Source: Callorhinchus milii
Taxonomy: Eukaryota
Length of the DNA stretch: 64,000 nucleotides
Direction of reading: 5' to 3'
Assembly: GCF_018977255.1 (NCBI RefSeq)
Contig: NW_024704761.1
Location: 6,512,001-6,576,000, forward strand
Both the position numbers and the translations under genes were made by a program. Positions 59,541-64,000 of the stretch are shown piece after piece (position 1 is the stretch's first letter; each line of letters starts with the position of its first letter). A model generated the notes under the pieces. The model made no database searches and was not told the origin of the DNA. It saw only the letters and a program-made list of their open reading frames with translations.

Positions 59541-62419
59541 TTAATAATGCCAAGTATTTGCAATTAAGAAATAGGTAACAAATGAGCGCGAGAGAGAGAG
59601 AAAATAGGCAGTCTCGGTCAGACCAGATACATCTCCTGCAATGCAGCGTAAAAGATTTATAATGTGGCACCTCACCACCAATCCATATTCAAAAAGTCAG
59701 TCAACAAGGATTGACCCGCAAAGCTATATTACTGTGCACTTGTTGGTGGGTGTTCACAATGTGCAGGTGTCATAGCGATGATTAATTTCTGAACCACAAT
59801 TCCTGCTCGGCATTGCATGCCTGGCTCCAGTGGAGCATTTCCATTACATAGCTTGACATCTCCACCAGAACAAGAGGCATCAAAGCAAACAGCAGACACA
59901 GGCCACGCACTCTCGCATTTCACAATCGTTACTCCCATATTTGTTGTTTCTTTCTTAAAAAAAAACAAAACACCAGCATTTAATCTGTTCCAGTTTAATT
60001 TCACCAGTTAACAACAGCAACAACTTGCATTTGGATGTGGGAGGAGGTGGGGAGTGGGGGGAGGAGGGCAAGGTGATGGATGGAACCCTGGAAAAAAAAG
60101 TAGCAGTAATGTTTCAGCCTAGAGATTAGAGATAAGGGTCTCCCTTAGTTGCCGTGGGTCCCAAAATTGGAGATTTTGTAAGTTATTGTAGCAAAAGCAA
60201 ATTGAATTTTACAATCAATCCATACGTCTTTCACGACTTGGAACAGGGTACGGTATTTCATTAGTTTATACTTTGCCCTTTCACTAAGCGAAGATATTGA
60301 TGCGACAGATAAGGCATAAATATACCAGTAATATAATTTCAGTATGAAGGAATTCAAAAGTCACATAAATCTGAAGACTTTACTAACAGACTTCATATAT
60401 AGATAAGGCAGGGCAGTGCTAGCGTGGAATAAATTGAGTGCAACCCAAGTTTAGGCCCAAACTACTGGGCTTGTACCTGGGTTTTTAACCTGTTATGACA
60501 CAATTTGTGCAGATTTCGAACGGTTTTACTTTCAGAATCTATCTGAACACAGAAACGTGTCATTAACCAAACATATGACTCTAAAGCAATGAGTTAGCGA
60601 GGCATTACACCAAGTTCCAGAGCACTCTAAATGAGCTCACAGCGACCTCATCATTTATGCAGTGTGCAAGAGTGATATTATTGACTCCTAATCTCAGCAG
60701 GTTGGATCCAGCTTAAATAACCATCTTGTTGCATCACAAGATATAACTCTCTTCACCAAAGCGGTGAAGATGGTTCGCCTTCGATGACCTCTTCTCCCCA
60801 ACTCACCATTTGCTTCTTCTCTCAGTCCGTGACAGGTAGAGTTTAATTGTGATTAATAATTGCTCTGCAGCACCTGCTGGAGACAGATGTGGGCTTCCAA
60901 ATGATTTCTACCCCAAGAGAATTTACGTTTGGTATCAACGTGAAAAGGTTAACGTCAAAGATGAACCAGCTTCCAAACTGCAGAGCTTGGATTTGAACAG
61001 ATTTTGCTCTCGTTGAACAATGAAATACATTCCGGAGTGGCAGCCCCGAATTGTCCTTGATGGGTCGGTCTCCTTGACCGTTTTTCCACCAGCCTCTTTC
61101 CTGCCCGCTGGTTTCCAGCTGCCTTGTACTCGCTCACTGCTGCTACCTGCCATTACCTGTCAATCTCTCTTCCTGCTGTCTTTACAATACCAGCTGCTGC
61201 TGTGAGCTGCGGCCTTATCAGGAACTCAGTAATTTTCACAAAGGCAGTCACTGAAAGCAACACAGCCTTTGATTAACTCCTTCACTAACTCGTCAGGTTG
61301 TCTCCGAGAAGGAAAAAAAACGGTCAAATTATTGACCTCAAGAAAGGCCCAATGGAAATGGCTGAAGGTCAGCGCCAAAACTGAAATTCTGTAAAAGATT
61401 GTAAACTGTATAAAGAAATAAGTAGAAATAATGATGATAAGCCTTGCATTTGATATAGCAACTTGCATTTATATTGGTTTGGATGAAAAAGATCTGACCT
61501 CATCCCATCAGAACACGCACCCTAAAGACCTCCCTCTGTTCAAAACATTTGGTCAAAGTCTTCCGGAACCAGGTGTTGCTGTTGTGCTGAACTCCAGTGG
61601 CCAACACTGCCCCTGCAGCTCGCTTCATATCTCTTCCAACCAGTGATAATGTGGCTAACACTCGCAAGCCTGTCACTTTGCTTTAACTTTGCGTGAAATT
61701 TGGGCTCATCTAGGTGCACAGCCAGGGATTTCAAATAAAATAAAATGTCACACTAAAAATGAAATGCAGAGCAGTCACCAAGATAATGGATGAATTGAAA
61801 TTTTACGAGTTTAACATTAAAGTATTTGGGTGCACTGCCCGGGTGGCCCTGTTCAGTTTCGTCTGGGTGCAGGTGGATTTGCTCACGTCATCAATTTGCT
61901 CGTCTTTCGCTGTCAGGCTAGCTTTTCCCCTTGAAACAGGCTCTGCCAGTGTCCAATGACTGGCACGAATAGTTATTTTTGGTAACTTTAAAGCCCTGTG
62001 AACGGCAAAAGCTGTGAAGTGCTTTGAGACATTGATGGCTTGGTAAGACGTTGCATTAAATACAAGAGTTATTATTACAAATCTTGTATTTTCCATCATC
62101 TGGCCATGTTCCTCTTCCCCTGCCTCACCAGGAACGCTTTAACCTTCATTTAATAGCATTTATTTAGAGTGCTGCACCAAAAACACGCCACACGAATTAA
62201 ATTCGAGTTTGCGTCTACTATTCTCAGAAAATGATAACAACTCGTCCATTAAAAGTTGTCACCACACACAGCATCAGAGCCACAAATGTCGAAGCTATGT
62301 TCTACTCTCCTCTACAGTAAACGCAGATTGTCGTTTGATTACAAAGCAGAACCAGAAAATAAGAGTGCAGCATTTGTCCTTAAAGTATATTAATACCAGA
62401 GAATAACAAGGCAGCATAA

Positions 62420-62600
62420 AAACAACAATTTGCATTCATATAGTGCGCTTCACATAGGTAGCATCTGAGAGTTCAACAGTGATTGAGCTCAACAGCAAAC
62501 GGGCAGAGTGGGGAAGTGACCGAAGGCACTGTCAAAGAGGAAGATCTTCAGATGTGATCTGAAGGTGAGTAGGGAGGGGTTGCAAGGCAGAGGGAATGAG
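62420..62600 (-). mobile_element. L2-type LINE 3' fragment, diverged
   Basis: aacaacaatttgcattcatatagtgc...aaggcactgtcaaagaggaagatcttcagatgtgatctgaagg. Confidence 0.65.
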
Positions 62601-62909
62601 GTAGAGAGTCGCACAAGTGCAGAGGAGTGCAGAGGATGACTAGTTTATTTGGGGGTGGAGGGCGAACTGAATTTTCTGGATTAGCATAGGAAATAACGTA
62701 ATGGGATATAGTACATAGGCAGTTTGGGGCATGTGTGCACTTGACCACCAGGAAGGTGGAAGGCAAACTAGATGGACCTTGGTCTTCTTTTCGTCCAGCA
62801 TTATGTAGCACTACTGTTTTTTTATAGGAACTGTCTCAGAGGCCAACAGAGAGACTCGTGAATTCTTATATTAAAAAGGAAGATGGAAACAAGAAGGGAT
62901 TAGAGGCAC

Positions 62910-62933
62910 TGAGAGAGAGAGAGAGAGAGAGAG
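62910..62933. repeat. (GA)n microsatellite
   Basis: About 11 GA units read directly. Confidence 0.9.
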
Positions 62934-64000
62934 GTTTATAACCGAGACAATGAATGTCGCAATACCTCTAAGGGGCTTTTTATTTTAATTGAGCGGGAAA
63001 TATCCGTGACCAAAGATTTACACGTTTCTTTCTACTTTATGTAATTTTTTTGTCCTGGTATCTTGGAAAACCTTAAGGGGTAGAAGAAGAGATTTAGGAT
63101 TGAATCATAAACTGTGGTGAAACTCCTTTAAGCTATATCCAGGAAACGGTGTTCCCGTCCAGCTAAATTAAGCTAAGCTAAATTACTTTGCTTAATATAA
63201 ATACTCGTGTTCTCAACCTGACTGATTCCAATAAGCAATTGTTGCAGTTTCTATCGCTGTAGAATGTTGGTCGTAGCAACAGAATTAAGATAAGGGCTGT
63301 AAAAGCAGAACCAATCCTATAACAAAGTCTTGGCTTGGAAGTAAATTTTGGTATTGGCAAAGATGGGTGTGAGATGCAGTTTGTGCTGAGAGATGGGTAA
63401 ACAATAGGAGGTATGGGACACACATCGCGACTGCAGTGTTTTGGGACATCTTCCTGATGTGAAAAGTGGAATACAGTATATATGTAAATGTGTAGTGTGT
63501 GGTATTATATTATGCACACACACCCCCGACAACAACAGGAGGCTGGAAGAAACTATAACTCAGGGAAAACCTGAGCACCTGCACAATCTATGTGATTCCC
63601 AAACGCCATACATTATTCAAACCACCCTCCTGCTCAGCCTAAGACCGCTGCAAATGTTCAATCCCAACCCTGCCCCCAAGTAAAATGTGTAAGCAAAATG
63701 ATTGTTGCACCTTATGGGCGGAGGGGAAGATTATTTTGGGTCATTACAAAAATAATTGTCATTGCAATACGTGACCAAATGCAGTGCTGTTTAACATATG
63801 ACGGAAAGATTGCAGAAAACTTCACTTTTGGTGGATTGACATTTGCAAGTCAGTGATATTATCTGAAGCTACACTTAGTTTAACATGTGTCAAAAGTCAG
63901 TATCCAACGCAATAAAATTCCAGGACGAAATAGAGGTGCAGACTTTTAGCTGAGATAAAAGAAGATGAAGTGTTACAACAGCATTTCTTGTGGGTAATTA

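Noticed and set aside
1..64000. CRISPR array, prokaryotic operon, viral insert or known miRNA
   Set aside because: The repeats are dispersed SINE/LINE copies rather than regularly spaced arrays, there are no long intact ORFs, and I recognised no known mature miRNA by eye. An Rfam/miRBase search would be needed to exclude one.

Overview
This is vertebrate non-coding DNA. I could not identify a confident protein-coding gene, an RNA gene or any prokaryotic system. The repeats point to a cartilaginous fish, probably a chimaera such as Callorhinchus; this is inferred from remembered repeat consensus sequences, not from a database search. The window holds about 15 near-full-length copies and many fragments of a tRNA-Ala-headed SINE with an (ATT)n tail, in a long and a short subfamily. 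It also holds older DeuSINE (SacSINE1-like) copies, LF-SINE-like relics, decayed L2 and CR1 LINE fragments, and small terminal-inverted-repeat (MITE-like) elements. Long repeat-free, TAAT/ATTA-rich stretches between the repeats resemble the conserved non-coding elements of a gene desert or large intron. A few short minus-strand segments with canonical splice signals can be joined in frame, but I do not recognise the peptide. The main observations are: tightly spaced head-to-head SINE pairs, a near-consensus CTCF motif inside an LF-SINE relic, two isolated hairpins (22039-22105 and 40767-40859), a two-copy MITE-like family, and a 3' stem-loop shared by the SINEs and L2. I found no convincing new biological system.
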